From positions 1,504,001 through 1,568,000 of the forward strand of contig CBDCWC010000002.1 of assembly GCA_965223295.1 (NCBI GenBank): 64,000 bases of DNA. The letters are read 5' to 3'. Shown one piece after another: positions 40,066 to 50,865 of the stretch (position 1 is its first letter; the number at the start of each line of letters is the position of its first letter). This stretch comes from Nitrospirales bacterium. GTDB taxonomy: Bacteria; Nitrospirota; Nitrospiria; Nitrospirales; UBA8639. The notes under the pieces are model-generated. The model was not told the origin of the DNA. It did no database searches and saw only the letters and a program-made list of their open reading frames with translations. The position numbers and the translations under genes were made by a program.

Positions 40066-41391
40066 GGGCCTGTCAAGTTATCTGTGTAACTGATCGTGGT
40101 TAATCAATTATGGGCACGCGGTCTCCAACAATCATGGCAAATTGATTGAGGGCGCGTTTCCACTCGGGAATGGGTACGGTCCATTTTTTGGCAATCCGCT
40201 GCATTCCGAGATAGAGGACTTTGAGAATGGCTTCATCCGTCGGAAACGCCCCCCGTTTTTTTTAGCACCTTCCGCAATGAATAATTGAGCGATTCAATCG
40301 CGTTCGTGGTATAGATCACTTTCCGAATCTCGGACGGATAGTCGAAGAACACCGTCAGTCGCTTCCAGTCTCGTCGCCAACTGGCACTAATGGTGGGATA
40401 TTTTTGATCCCACAGTTGAGCAAAGTTCTCCAAGGCGTCTTCGGCTTCTGAAAGAGTGGGCGCTCCATAGATCGCTCGTAAATCGCGGGCAACAGGGCGA
40501 CGTTCTTTCCAGACCACGTACCGTAAAGCGTGGCGCACTTTATGGACAATGCAGAGTTGCACCTGTGTCTGGGGAAAGATGGTTTCTAAGGCTTCGGGTA
40601 ACCCGATCAGCCCATCGACACAAGCGACAAAGCAATCCTGTACGCCTCGCTGTTGCAATTCCGTGAACACCGCTAACCAAAACTTGGCTCCTTCGGTTTC
40701 ACTGACCCAGAGCCCGAGCAGTTCCTTCTCTCCCGTGAGTGTCACGCCGAGGGCGACATACACGGCTTTGGTTTTGACGGCCCCCTCATGCCGCGATTTC
40801 ACAAATAGGCAATCGAAATACAGGATGGGATACACCATCTCCAAAGGCCGACTCTGCCAGAGCCGCACATCTTCTAAGACGGCATCGGTGATCGTCGAAA
40901 TCAGTGTGGGCGAGACTTCAGTTCCATACAAGTCTTCCAGATGACTTTGAATTTCCCGCGTGGTCAACCCATGGGCATAGAGGGCCAGCACTTTGTCGTC
41001 AAACCCCTCCAAGCGCCGTTGCCGTTTTGGGACAACCGTGGGTTCAAACGTGCCCGCACGATCTCGGGGGACGGCCAGTTCGACCGGCCCTTGGTCCGTT
41101 TGAATGATTTTCGAGCTCGTCCCATTCCGAGTGTTCCCACCCTGAGAAAGGCCTCGGGCATAAGGGGGATAGCCCAGATGATTCGTCAATTCAGCTGTCA
41201 ACGCCCGTTCCACGAGCCGTTTGGTTAAATCCTTCAAAAGGCCATGTTCCCCCAGAATATCTTCGGGCGACTCACAGTCTTTTAATAAGTCATCCAATAA
41301 CGCATCGGTTTTTGTGTTTGGCTTGGTCATCATGTTCTCCTTCTGAAAAATCCGTTATGATAACCAGTTACACACTTAATCTTACAGGCCC
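40066..41391 (-). mobile_element. IS256-family element, copy 1 (1326 bp)
   Basis: Terminal inverted repeats GGGCCTGTCAAG.../...CTTACAGGCCC; 8-bp target duplication AATGGGAT on both sides. Confidence 0.95.
40100..41333 (-). CDS. IS256 transposase, frameshifted at A8 run (40256-40263)
   Basis: VPRDR, YFDC, CVDG, QLCIVH and TTNAIES motifs; canonical tail RGAFPTDEA... lies in another frame. Confidence 0.9.
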
Positions 41392-41440
41392 AATGGGATG
41401 ACAACTCATAATTGATAAATATTCTTGTTCTGTCACTCTA

Positions 41441-41472
41441 CCTCCCCTAGCCCCTCCTTACAAAGGAGGGGA
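41441..41472. repeat. CCCCTCC-type short palindromic repeat
   Basis: CCTCCCCTAGCCCCTCCTTACAAAGGAGGGGA hairpin; single copy in window. Confidence 0.5.
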
Positions 41473-41604
41473 ACTGCCGAAATCCTGCCTCACTCTCATT
41501 GCCCTAGGATCAATTTGGAGTGATGCCAGGATATCTCACCATTCGTTAATCCTAAAGCAGGTCAACCATACCAACTGCTCCACTGGAATGCCAAACACCT
41601 CATG

Positions 41605-42042
41605 TTAAGTGGCCGAGGCTGGCAACATGGCCAGGAGCGCCCAATACCGAAGCGCTTTACCAATGGCAATAAAGAGCACCGATCCAATCCAGGACATCCG
41701 AAGCCATCCTGCTGCAATGCACAATGGATCTCCAATCACCGGCACCCATGAGAAGAGAAGGATGGGACTCCCCCATCGCCGTACACGCTCGACAGCACGA
41801 CGGTGGGTCTCCTTCGATAATTCATCGAGAGGATAGCGCCATGCAATGAGCCATCCTAACCCCCAGGACGTCATACCTCCTAATGTATTGCCCACAGTGG
41901 CTACAGACAACAGTTTCCCGTACGGCATGTTACTCTGTGTTGCCAATGCAACGAGTAAAAGCTCAGAACTTCCTGGCAAGATTGTCGAAGACAGAAAGGC
42001 ACTGACAAACAGCCCCGCAAGAGAATAGTCTTCTCCAATCAT
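41605..42042 (-). CDS. YqaA/DedA-family membrane protein
   Basis: FLSSTILPGSSE and SWVPVIGDPLCIAAGWLR motifs. Confidence 0.88.
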   Translation of the reverse strand: MIGEDYSLAGLFVSAFLSSTILPGSSELLLVALATQSNMPYGKLLSVATVGNTLGGMTSWGLGWLIAWRYPLDELSKETHRRAVERVRRWGSPILLFSWVPVIGDPLCIAAGWLRMSWIGSVLFIAIGKALRYWALLAMLPASAT

Positions 42043-42055
42043 TGTGACGAACTCA

Positions 42056-42289
42056 TCAGGCCGGAGGTGGTTCGACTCGGTGAATGGAATGAAACTTCAT
42101 GTTGGCATCAAACGTAATGTTAAAGATGCCTTGAATCCCCTGATAGGACAGAAAAGGCCGTAAGACCCGGGCGGGAAATTGAACCGTACGCCCATCGATA
42201 GCGGTCGCCACCACATGTTCGACAGCACCGTAGTAATAGGCTTGAAACCGTTCAGGCGAAATGTTGAGTTGAACTGAAACAGTTTGCAT
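42056..42289 (-). CDS. DUF2835-like small protein
   Basis: YYGAVEHV...DGRTVQFPARVLRPF...GIQG pattern. Confidence 0.7.
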   Translation of the reverse strand: MQTVSVQLNISPERFQAYYYGAVEHVVATAIDGRTVQFPARVLRPFLSYQGIQGIFNITFDANMKFHSIHRVEPPPA

Positions 42290-42415
42290 GATGCTTTATA
42301 TGATCCGGTGTTTAAACCTTCTTGTGTTCCTTACTTCTCACACTTAACGAACAATCTCAGTTATGATAGAAGTACTGTTGTGGAATTTGGCTCGTTTGAG
42401 CTCTGACGCTCCGTA

Positions 42416-43216
42416 TTGTCACCCGTCATGTCTCGATATACCCACGAATTGGATACAATCCGTCTGGCTTTGGATCAAGTCCGCGCGCGCCTGCAAAGAA
42501 TGACATACGAAGACCTAAAGGTCCAAAACAAATCCGACGGCTCTCCTGTGACCAATGCGGACCTCGAGGTCAATCAGATTCTTAAGCAGGCGCTCTTGGG
42601 TACATTCCCGGGCGATAGCTGGTTGTCGGAAGAATCACCAGACAACACTCCCCGACAGCAAACCCAACGCGTCTGGATACTAGATCCCATCGATGGCACG
42701 AAACCATTTATCAAAGGCCTGCCCTATTATACGATCTCTCTGGCACTCATCGACCAGGGCCAACCGGCTATCGGCGTGATTTTTAATCCTGCCACTCAGG
42801 AATATTTTTGCGCCATACAAGGGGAGCAAGCCACTCTGAATGCTCAACCTATTCATGTGCAAACTGCATCCTCGAAAGGCACTCGCTGCACCTTTCTCGT
42901 CAACGCTTGGCAAGTCAATCAAGCCACGCTTAACACTTGGGGGGAAGAACATCACTGCCCGCCACTCCTCGGCTCCATTGCCTATTCCTTGGCACTGGTT
43001 GCCTCAGGCCATGTGGATGGTGTCATCAATGTTGGGCTACAAAATGAATGGGATATTGCCGCAGGTCTTCTCATTGTCCAAGCAGCTGGTGGCCTGGTTT
43101 TTGACAAAAATCTAAAGCCCATCTCCTGCAATCAACCCAACCCTCTTGTGAATGGTATTGTGGCTATTCGTCCCGATGCCCTTCCAACTATTCAACAATG
43201 GCTCACTGACATCTAA
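42416..43216 (+). CDS. CysQ/inositol monophosphatase family phosphatase
   Basis: SPVTNAD, LSEE, LDPIDGT and WDIAAG motifs. Confidence 0.88.
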   Translation: MSPVMSRYTHELDTIRLALDQVRARLQRMTYEDLKVQNKSDGSPVTNADLEVNQILKQALLGTFPGDSWLSEESPDNTPRQQTQRVWILDPIDGTKPFIKGLPYYTISLALIDQGQPAIGVIFNPATQEYFCAIQGEQATLNAQPIHVQTASSKGTRCTFLVNAWQVNQATLNTWGEEHHCPPLLGSIAYSLALVASGHVDGVINVGLQNEWDIAAGLLIVQAAGGLVFDKNLKPISCNQPNPLVNGIVAIRPDALPTIQQWLTDI

Positions 43217-43490
43217 TCTCCTAATACATCACACCGCATTTTTATTCTTTGTGCTCATTCTTATGAGTTGCTGAAACAGAGATGAAGGTTCATAAAAAAC
43301 ATGGTCATTCGTAAAGATCTGTGCATCCATCACAAGAAATTTCATGCCATTCATAGAAATTAATATCCATTCGCTCCTTTTTCTTCATCATCTTCAGGTC
43401 CAATCAGCCCCTTAACCTCTACACTTTCCAGCCGAAAAAGTAGAGAAGCCCTTAGCTCGCGTAAAACCGAGTTATTTTCACTCACCTTAT

Positions 43491-43994
43491 ATGGCTCTCG
43501 TTGGGCAGCGTCCCCTCAACGATGAGCGTGGGTTGTACGTGATGCGCGGAGCCGTCAAACATTCCATTAAGATTCTGACCATCGAGGATGACCCAACTCA
43601 AACGGAAGCTCTCAGGGAAGCTCTCTATGTCGCACAGATAATTTGTGTGGAAATCCTTGAATGCGAAGATGGAGATCAAGGGCTTGCATTTTTGCGTCAG
43701 GAATATCCACACGTCGATGCACCACAACCCGATCTCATTTTTTTGTCCAATCATCTGCCTGACCGCTCGGGCATTGAAATTATCCAAGAACTTCAGGATG
43801 ATCCGCGTTTACAACAGATTCCAGTGGCCTTGTTTTCAGACAAGGATCCCACCGCCTCAAGCAACGTCACATTTCCTGACAACTGCCATCTCTTTAAGAG
43901 GCCCAGAACCTTCGATGAATGGATTTTTGTTTTGCGATGTGTTGAAGACGTGTGGGTCACCTTGTTGGATATGGCCGGCATGCCAAATTTGTAA
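43491..43994 (+). CDS. Single-domain response regulator (Rcp1-like) with atypical phosphoacceptor
   Basis: IEDD acidic pocket; PDLIFLS where PDLILLD is expected; IPVALF. Confidence 0.75.
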   Translation: MALVGQRPLNDERGLYVMRGAVKHSIKILTIEDDPTQTEALREALYVAQIICVEILECEDGDQGLAFLRQEYPHVDAPQPDLIFLSNHLPDRSGIEIIQELQDDPRLQQIPVALFSDKDPTASSNVTFPDNCHLFKRPRTFDEWIFVLRCVEDVWVTLLDMAGMPNL

Positions 43995-44005
43995 GAGGCT
44001 TACCC

Positions 44006-45169
44006 TTAGATTCGCTGTTTCGCCTGCCTCACTGTTTTTCGATTGCCTCCTGTCACCATTTTAAATTCATACAGTCTGGACTCCAGCGCTCCATTGAATA
44101 AGGGAATTTTTCGTGATGGCGCTAAGCGAATGAGTTTGGGCAACCGAAAATCTGCAGTCAGCACATAGACCTTCCAACCAGCGAATCGCTGCTTTAGCAC
44201 ATTACCAAACTTTGGATACCAATCCTCTAGTGCTGCATGACGGCCTATCCGCACACCATAGGGTGGATTCGTGATCATCACTCCAGTATGCGACGGCGGA
44301 TAGACCTCCAAAACATCAGCTTGTTGAAACTGCACGCCGGCTATCCCAGCAAGCTGAAGATTAGTTTGCGCCCGCGATAGCATCTGTACATCCTGGTCAT
44401 AACCAAAAATCGTCAATGGTTGATTGAGAGCAATGGGTGCCTGGGCTTCTTGTTGAATGCCGCTCCACACCACTTGATCGAATTTCAGAAAATGGTGAAA
44501 CGCAAACTCTCGTCGTCTGCCAGGCGAAATCCCATGCGCCATGAGAGCCGCTTCGATCACAATCGTGCCCGCTCCACACATGGGATCCAGTAATACTTGG
44601 TCACTCGTCCACCCAGCTAATCGAAGAATCCCTGCCGCCAAATTTTCACGCAAGGGGGCTTCACCAACTGACTGCCGCCATCCACGTTTAAACAGTGGTG
44701 AGCCAGTGGTATCCAGATACCAGATCATCTGTTCTTTATCCACAAATACCACAATTTGAATATCAGGATGCCGTTTATCAACAACCGGGCGTGATTGCGT
44801 CTCTCGAACAAAACGGTCACAAATGGCGTCCTTCACGCGAAGCGTCGAAAATTCTACACTCTTGAGCGGAGATTGTTGCGCAACCACACGAACTTTTATG
44901 CGACAATGTACTGAAAACCACTTCGGCCAGGAAAGCTGTAACGCGGCACGATATAAATCCTCTTCATCGCGATAAGTCCCCATTCCCACTTGCCACAAAA
45001 TACGGCTGGCGATTCGACTCTGAAGATTGAGCCGATAGCAAAGTGGAAAGGATCCTCGACAAACCACCCCACCAGGTGTCGTCTGAATCTCTTTGCCCCC
45101 GAGAGCCTGACATTCTTGTACAAGCGGTTCTTCCAACCCGCGAGGGCATGTTGCAAAAAACGTTTCCAT
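44006..45169 (-). CDS. THUMP-domain RNA methyltransferase (RlmL-like)
   Basis: APLRENLAAG, DPMCGAGT and NPPYG motifs. Confidence 0.88.
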   Translation of the reverse strand: METFFATCPRGLEEPLVQECQALGGKEIQTTPGGVVCRGSFPLCYRLNLQSRIASRILWQVGMGTYRDEEDLYRAALQLSWPKWFSVHCRIKVRVVAQQSPLKSVEFSTLRVKDAICDRFVRETQSRPVVDKRHPDIQIVVFVDKEQMIWYLDTTGSPLFKRGWRQSVGEAPLRENLAAGILRLAGWTSDQVLLDPMCGAGTIVIEAALMAHGISPGRRREFAFHHFLKFDQVVWSGIQQEAQAPIALNQPLTIFGYDQDVQMLSRAQTNLQLAGIAGVQFQQADVLEVYPPSHTGVMITNPPYGVRIGRHAALEDWYPKFGNVLKQRFAGWKVYVLTADFRLPKLIRLAPSRKIPLFNGALESRLYEFKMVTGGNRKTVRQAKQRI

Positions 45170-45217
45170 GCTTATAAGGAGTTAAGGTGATTACGTTACA
45201 AGGATGCTAGATCCGAT

Positions 45218-46237
45218 CTATGAATAAACTTCTGGATTGACACAATGCTTGATACGCTCTCCCCGTAAGGCCGCCAATACATTCTCAACGGCGATCTCAG
45301 CCATTCGAGACCGTGTGGCCGTCGATGCACTCCCGACATGCGGCACGACAAGACAATTCTGAAGAGTCAGCAATGGATGCGAAGCTGGAAGCGGTTCCGG
45401 TTCGGTGACATCCAGTGCCGCACCGCCTATGTCACCTTGTTGCAAGGCCTGATATAACGCAGCAGGCTCCACAACTGCTCCTCGGGCAGTATTGATCAAG
45501 ATACTGGTACGCTTCATGGCCCGCAGTTGAGGCTCGCCAATCATATGATGCGTTTCGGGAGTCAATGGAACATGCAGGCTCAGGAAATCTGATTGAGCCA
45601 ATGCTGTTGGTAGATTCACAAACGAGACATGAGACATGTTCGATGTGGCAGGTTTTGCCTGCTTTATATCAGAAGGTTTTCCTGCACCACTGTCCCCTTT
45701 TGGGGAACATACGGCTAACACATTCATGCCAAACCCCTCGGCGCGTCTAGCCATGGCTTGGCCAATCCGCCCCCATCCCACAATTCCTAAGGTAGCTCCA
45801 TGGATATCCTGACCGAGTAAGAGATCAGGTTTCCATTCTTTCCAATGCCCCTGTCGCACATATTCAGCTCCTTCTACAATTCGACGAGCTGCGGCCATCA
45901 GCAACGAAAAAGCCAAGTCGGCGGTAGTGTCGGTTAAGATTCCTGGGGTATATCCAACAGGAATGTTTCGTGCCGTACAGGTGGGAATATCGATATGATC
46001 ATATCCGACCGACATTGTGCTCACCACACGCAATCGCGTCCCACAACTAAGGACTTCCTGATTAATCTGATCCGTCAATAAGCAATAGAGCCCATCGGCT
46101 TCAGATATCTGATCGAGCAACCAGGCTCGTGTGGCGGGACTATCAGACTCCCAGCACACCACATCAGCATGAGCCGTCAATTGCTTCTGAGCTTCCAGGG
46201 GAAGTTGTCTGGTGGCAACAACACGTGGCCGTGACAT
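45218..46237 (-). CDS. D-2-hydroxyacid dehydrogenase (glyoxylate/hydroxypyruvate reductase)
   Basis: GWGRIG, INTARG, LDVTEPEP and PHVGSA motifs; start taken at MSRPRVV. Confidence 0.88.
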   Translation of the reverse strand: MSRPRVVATRQLPLEAQKQLTAHADVVCWESDSPATRAWLLDQISEADGLYCLLTDQINQEVLSCGTRLRVVSTMSVGYDHIDIPTCTARNIPVGYTPGILTDTTADLAFSLLMAAARRIVEGAEYVRQGHWKEWKPDLLLGQDIHGATLGIVGWGRIGQAMARRAEGFGMNVLAVCSPKGDSGAGKPSDIKQAKPATSNMSHVSFVNLPTALAQSDFLSLHVPLTPETHHMIGEPQLRAMKRTSILINTARGAVVEPAALYQALQQGDIGGAALDVTEPEPLPASHPLLTLQNCLVVPHVGSASTATRSRMAEIAVENVLAALRGERIKHCVNPEVYS

Positions 46238-46290
46238 TCTTTTCCTCTTTGAACGAGTAAAAACACTTGTGGACCTGACGCGTATATGCG

Positions 46291-47295
46291 CTACCAGAAT
46301 AACACGGATAGGACAAACACCATGTAACACAGTCCATTTACAATCAAATGGATCGGCTTAACTTGCCCTCGCCGCACAAGCCATGTGAGATAGCTGGCTG
46401 CCACTAAGGTCATAGCCATACCCACCAGAATTTCTTTTTGGGGCACCCAGGCCGTCAACATGATACCCACGGCAGGTAAAAGACTTCCCTGAAATATCAT
46501 GGCTCCCGTCAGATTTCCGACGGCCAAGGTATCCCGACCCCGGCGAATCCACAAAATACTATTCACTTTTTCCGGCAGCTCCGTGGCCACAGGAACAATC
46601 AGGAGAGAGAGAGTCAAAGCCGAAATTCCCCATCGAGGCGCCAAATGCTCAATGCCATACACAAACCCCTTTGCTCCCAACATGATGAGCCCTAGGCCAA
46701 AGGCCAACTGGACCAAAATCATCAACAAATTGTCTGGCAGACCAAGCTTGGTTGAATAAAGAGGGTGGTCTGCTTCTGTGGCATGTCCATCATCGACTAA
46801 AGTGTTTGATGCTCGAATGGTTAAGGTGAGATAGGTGACATACAGCGTTACTAACGAGAACGCCATCAGCCCACGAACACCCATCCATTCTGAAGGAACA
46901 AACGTGGACATGACACCGAGAAAAAATGCCCCATTAAACCACACCAGATCACGTGCGAAACCGGTTGGTTCAGGGTGCAAGACCCCATGCCAACCCCTTG
47001 ACTGGGCAGCAAAAATGCCCACCAAAAAAAACGCCACGGTGGCCAAGAGTAACGGAGCACCTAAAATGGCTCCAACCGCGACCTCATGCCGAACCGTTTC
47101 CGACCCTGTACCCAGTAAGATAGCAAAGAGCGGAACCATGGTTTCTGGCAAGGCCGTCCCCACGGCCGCAAATATTGACCCAGTCACCCCTTCTGAAATC
47201 CCTAGCCGTTCGCCAAAATGCTCCAGACTATTCGTAAAGGCTTCGGCTCCCAAGAGAATGATGATTAAGGCTCCAAGTAAAATAAAAATATCCAT
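46291..47295 (-). CDS. Sodium/calcium exchanger family antiporter
   Basis: Alpha repeats GTALPE and ATELPE. Confidence 0.88.
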   Translation of the reverse strand: MDIFILLGALIIILLGAEAFTNSLEHFGERLGISEGVTGSIFAAVGTALPETMVPLFAILLGTGSETVRHEVAVGAILGAPLLLATVAFFLVGIFAAQSRGWHGVLHPEPTGFARDLVWFNGAFFLGVMSTFVPSEWMGVRGLMAFSLVTLYVTYLTLTIRASNTLVDDGHATEADHPLYSTKLGLPDNLLMILVQLAFGLGLIMLGAKGFVYGIEHLAPRWGISALTLSLLIVPVATELPEKVNSILWIRRGRDTLAVGNLTGAMIFQGSLLPAVGIMLTAWVPQKEILVGMAMTLVAASYLTWLVRRGQVKPIHLIVNGLCYMVFVLSVLFW

Positions 47296-47471
47296 GATTT
47301 AAGACAGTTGGGCAGCTCTAAAATTTCGGCGGATACTCGATCAGAAAAAACGTATAAATTTCAGGTGATTAGAAAAACAGATTCAGGAAAATGATTCCCA
47401 GCAGACTTGCCCAGACGTAACTTTGCTTCTTTACCTTGCAATCCAGAAAATTTTTCTTCTAAACTGCCTCT

Positions 47472-47624
47472 ATGGACAGTCTCACCACCGGTCTTATCCT
47501 GACTCTCACGACAATCGTCCTCTATACCATTGTTTTTAAATGGTGGCGACACCGGCGGGCAGCGAAGTTAGCCGACAAATTGTTGGACGAGGTCATTAAA
47601 GGAAAAGACGCCTTTCGTCGATAG
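47472..47624 (+). CDS. Small single-TM protein (50 aa, absent from ORF track)
   Basis: MDSLTTGLILTLTTIVLYTIVFKWWRHRRAAKLADKLLDEVIKGKDAFRR*: TM helix followed by basic stop-transfer; weak RBS. Confidence 0.5.
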   Translation: MDSLTTGLILTLTTIVLYTIVFKWWRHRRAAKLADKLLDEVIKGKDAFRR

Positions 47625-47654
47625 TCCCTTTCATCATTTTTTGCTATTTCTTAC

Positions 47655-48326
47655 TTAAAACTGAAAACACAATTGCTGAGACGTTTCTTGCTTCCGAAAT
47701 GGTACACCAAGATCAAAGTCCAACGAGGGGCATTCGGGTATTTTTTTTGAAGTAGATTGAGACAATCCGTTCACCGTCACCTCAACAAGCACTCCCCGAC
47801 ATTCACTGCAAACATGCCGAGCTGGCACAATGGATCGCCGTTGGCGATGGTAGGACATTCCACAACGTACGCACTCCCACGAATAGCGATTGAATGCGTT
47901 CACCGTCTCATTCAATTCATGACGAATGGTAATACCAAGACCTGCTTCATTCATTCGATCCATCATTTCTCGAAAGGTAGGACCATGGGATGGATACCGC
48001 TTGCGAATATCATATTCCCATTGATGAATCATTTCATGCGCCAGAGTCCCTCGCAGCTCTGTCTCCGATTGCCCACAAAGTAACGGCGCTGAGAGACGAA
48101 TCACTCGAGCCTTTCCATGTCTATATGCAGAGGACACCCAGCGGCTTCTCGGACCAACTTGGCTCGCGAACAGTCCGGCTGACGCGGTGAGCCTCGTGCT
48201 CCATTCAATACGAATCGCTGGCAACCGATTATCAAAAAACTGAGAGGACAACTGTTGCCACATCTCCTGTAGATAGGACAGCAGCATAAGATCCGGAGAG
48301 GAAACCGGAGAAGGAATAGTCACCAA
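47655..48326 (-). CDS. SprT-like zinc metalloprotease
   Basis: HEMIH...HGPTF and CxxC...CxxC motifs. Confidence 0.85.
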   Translation of the reverse strand: MVTIPSPVSSPDLMLLSYLQEMWQQLSSQFFDNRLPAIRIEWSTRLTASAGLFASQVGPRSRWVSSAYRHGKARVIRLSAPLLCGQSETELRGTLAHEMIHQWEYDIRKRYPSHGPTFREMMDRMNEAGLGITIRHELNETVNAFNRYSWECVRCGMSYHRQRRSIVPARHVCSECRGVLVEVTVNGLSQSTSKKIPECPSLDFDLGVPFRKQETSQQLCFQF

Positions 48327-48446
48327 GGATACCAGGAAAGTTCTCTATACATCAGATGGTGGCTATGTTACCATTTTTTCCTGTTATACGTAACAACTCT
48401 GAGTCATAAAGTTCGATCATTTTCGTTGCGAACCCAACTACCCAAT

Positions 48447-48938
48447 ATGCTATTCGAACCCACAGACATCGACAGAGACACCGCATACATGCAGATGTCC
48501 TTAGAGTTGGCGAAAGAAGCCTATCGAGCAAACGAAGTGCCGGTCGGTGCGATTCTGGTCAAAGACGGCACGGTGATTGCGACAGGTCAAAATCGACGAG
48601 AAACGTTGAAAGACCCAACGGCTCATGCGGAACTTTTGGCCATTCGTGCTGCCGCAGAGAGCACCGGATCCTGGCGTCTCACAGAGACCACCCTCTATGT
48701 CACATTAGAACCCTGTGCAATGTGTGCAGGTGCCATTATTCAATCCAGGATACCTCGTCTCGTGTTCGGTACACGAGACCTCAAAGCTGGAGCATGCGGA
48801 TCAATCTGTGATTTAACAAATGAACCACGGTTCAATCATCGTGTCATCGTTCAATCTGGAATATTGGCCGAGGACTGCAGCCAGCTCCTACAACAATTCT
48901 TTCAAGAACTTCGTGAGGCACAAACAGTTCTATCCTAA
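48447..48938 (+). CDS. tadA: tRNA adenosine(34) deaminase
   Basis: EVPVGA, HAE and EPCAMC motifs. Confidence 0.92.
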   Translation: MLFEPTDIDRDTAYMQMSLELAKEAYRANEVPVGAILVKDGTVIATGQNRRETLKDPTAHAELLAIRAAAESTGSWRLTETTLYVTLEPCAMCAGAIIQSRIPRLVFGTRDLKAGACGSICDLTNEPRFNHRVIVQSGILAEDCSQLLQQFFQELREAQTVLS

Positions 48939-48950
48939 TAAGCATGAGCC

Positions 48951-49039
<89 letters not shown>

Positions 49040-49282
49040 CCAGTCAACAGCAAAACCAGCCTCTCTCTGCTTTGCCAAAATACTCCTAACATCTCCGCGA
49101 CTTACACGTTCTTCGCGCCACAACTGGCTCTCTCTCTACCACTCACCTTCCTGTAATTGTTCGGTTATTCCTGTCGTTTTCTCTGAAGGTATTTCGTCGG
49201 TCCATTCGCGCCAGAAAGTAAGGGACCGAGAGAGGCCTAAACGGGATTCCAACTGACCAATTTGAATGTCTCTGAGGTCCAC

Positions 49283-49539
49283 TTAGGGGGAAAGGGGAAA
49301 CCCGAAGTACTTGCGTTGCTGAGCCCATTCCAATGGAATGGGACGACGAAACTGTTCAAGCGTGAAATCCGGTGGGTGCCACCCACTGAGAATGGCTTCG
49401 ATTAAATCGGGAGCCAGAAAACTCAACCGTAGGATACGCCGCACATAACTGGAGTCGACCTCTTCCCGTTGGGCCAACGCCTTTACCGTCGAGACTCGTC
49501 CCGCAATAAGATCTTCTTTCCACTGACACGCCCGGACCA
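49283..49539 (-). pseudogene. C-terminal remnant of a large serine recombinase-type gene, truncated by IS256
   Basis: VRACQWKEDL...LAQREEVDSSYVRRILRLSFLAPDLIEAIL...PLEWAQQR tail; next to tRNA 3' end. Confidence 0.7.
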
Positions 49540-50865
49540 GGGCCTGTCAAGTTATCTGTGTAACTGATCGTGGTTAATCAATTATGGGCACGCGGTCTCC
49601 AACAATCATGGCAAATTGATTGAGGGCGCGTTTCCACTCGGGAATGGGTACGGTCCATTTTTTGGCAATCCGCTGCATTCCGAGATAGAGGACTTTGAGA
49701 ATGGCTTCATCCGTCGGAAACGCCCCCCGTTTTTTTTAGCACCTTCCGCAATGAATAATTGAGCGATTCAATCGCGTTCGTGGTATAGATCACTTTCCGA
49801 ATCTCGGACGGATAGTCGAAGAACACCGTCAGTCGCTTCCAGTCTCGTCGCCAACTGGCACTAATGGTGGGATATTTTTGATCCCACAGTTGAGCAAAGT
49901 TCTCCAAGGCGTCTTCGGCTTCTGAAAGAGTGGGCGCTCCATAGATCGCTCGTAAATCGCGGGCAACAGGGCGACGTTCTTTCCAGACCACGTACCGTAA
50001 AGCGTGGCGCACTTTATGGACAATGCAGAGTTGCACCTGTGTCTGGGGAAAGATGGTTTCTAAGGCTTCGGGTAACCCGATCAGCCCATCGACACAAGCG
50101 ACAAAGCAATCCTGTACGCCTCGCTGTTGCAATTCCGTGAACACCGCTAACCAAAACTTGGCTCCTTCGGTTTCACTGACCCAGAGCCCGAGCAGTTCCT
50201 TCTCTCCCGTGAGTGTCACGCCGAGGGCGACATACACGGCTTTGGTTTTGACGGCCCCCTCATGCCGCGATTTCACAAATAGGCAATCGAAATACAGGAT
50301 GGGATACACCATCTCCAAAGGCCGACTCTGCCAGAGCCGCACATCTTCTAAGACGGCATCGGTGATCGTCGAAATCAGTGTGGGCGAGACTTCAGTTCCA
50401 TACAAGTCTTCCAGATGACTTTGAATTTCCCGCGTGGTCAACCCATGGGCATAGAGGGCCAGCACTTTGTCGTCAAACCCCTCCAAGCGCCGTTGCCGTT
50501 TTGGGACAACCGTGGGTTCAAACGTGCCCGCACGATCTCGGGGGACGGCCAGTTCGACCGGCCCTTGGTCCGTTTGAATGATTTTCGAGCTCGTCCCATT
50601 CCGAGTGTTCCCACCCTGAGAAAGGCCTCGGGCATAAGGGGGATAGCCCAGATGATTCGTCAATTCAGCTGTCAACGCCCGTTCCACGAGCCGTTTGGTT
50701 AAATCCTTCAAAAGGCCATGTTCCCCCAGAATATCTTCGGGCGACTCACAGTCTTTTAATAAGTCATCCAATAACGCATCGGTTTTTGTGTTTGGCTTGG
50801 TCATCATGTTCTCCTTCTGAAAAATCCGTTATGATAACCAGTTACACACTTAATCTTACAGGCCC
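49540..50865 (-). mobile_element. IS256-family element, copy 2
   Basis: Same length, ends and translated ORFs as copy 1; flanks CCGGACCA/GATAACGG show no target duplication. Confidence 0.95.
49574..50807 (-). CDS. IS256 transposase, same A8 frameshift
   Basis: Identical 366-aa ORF plus out-of-frame tail. Confidence 0.9.
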
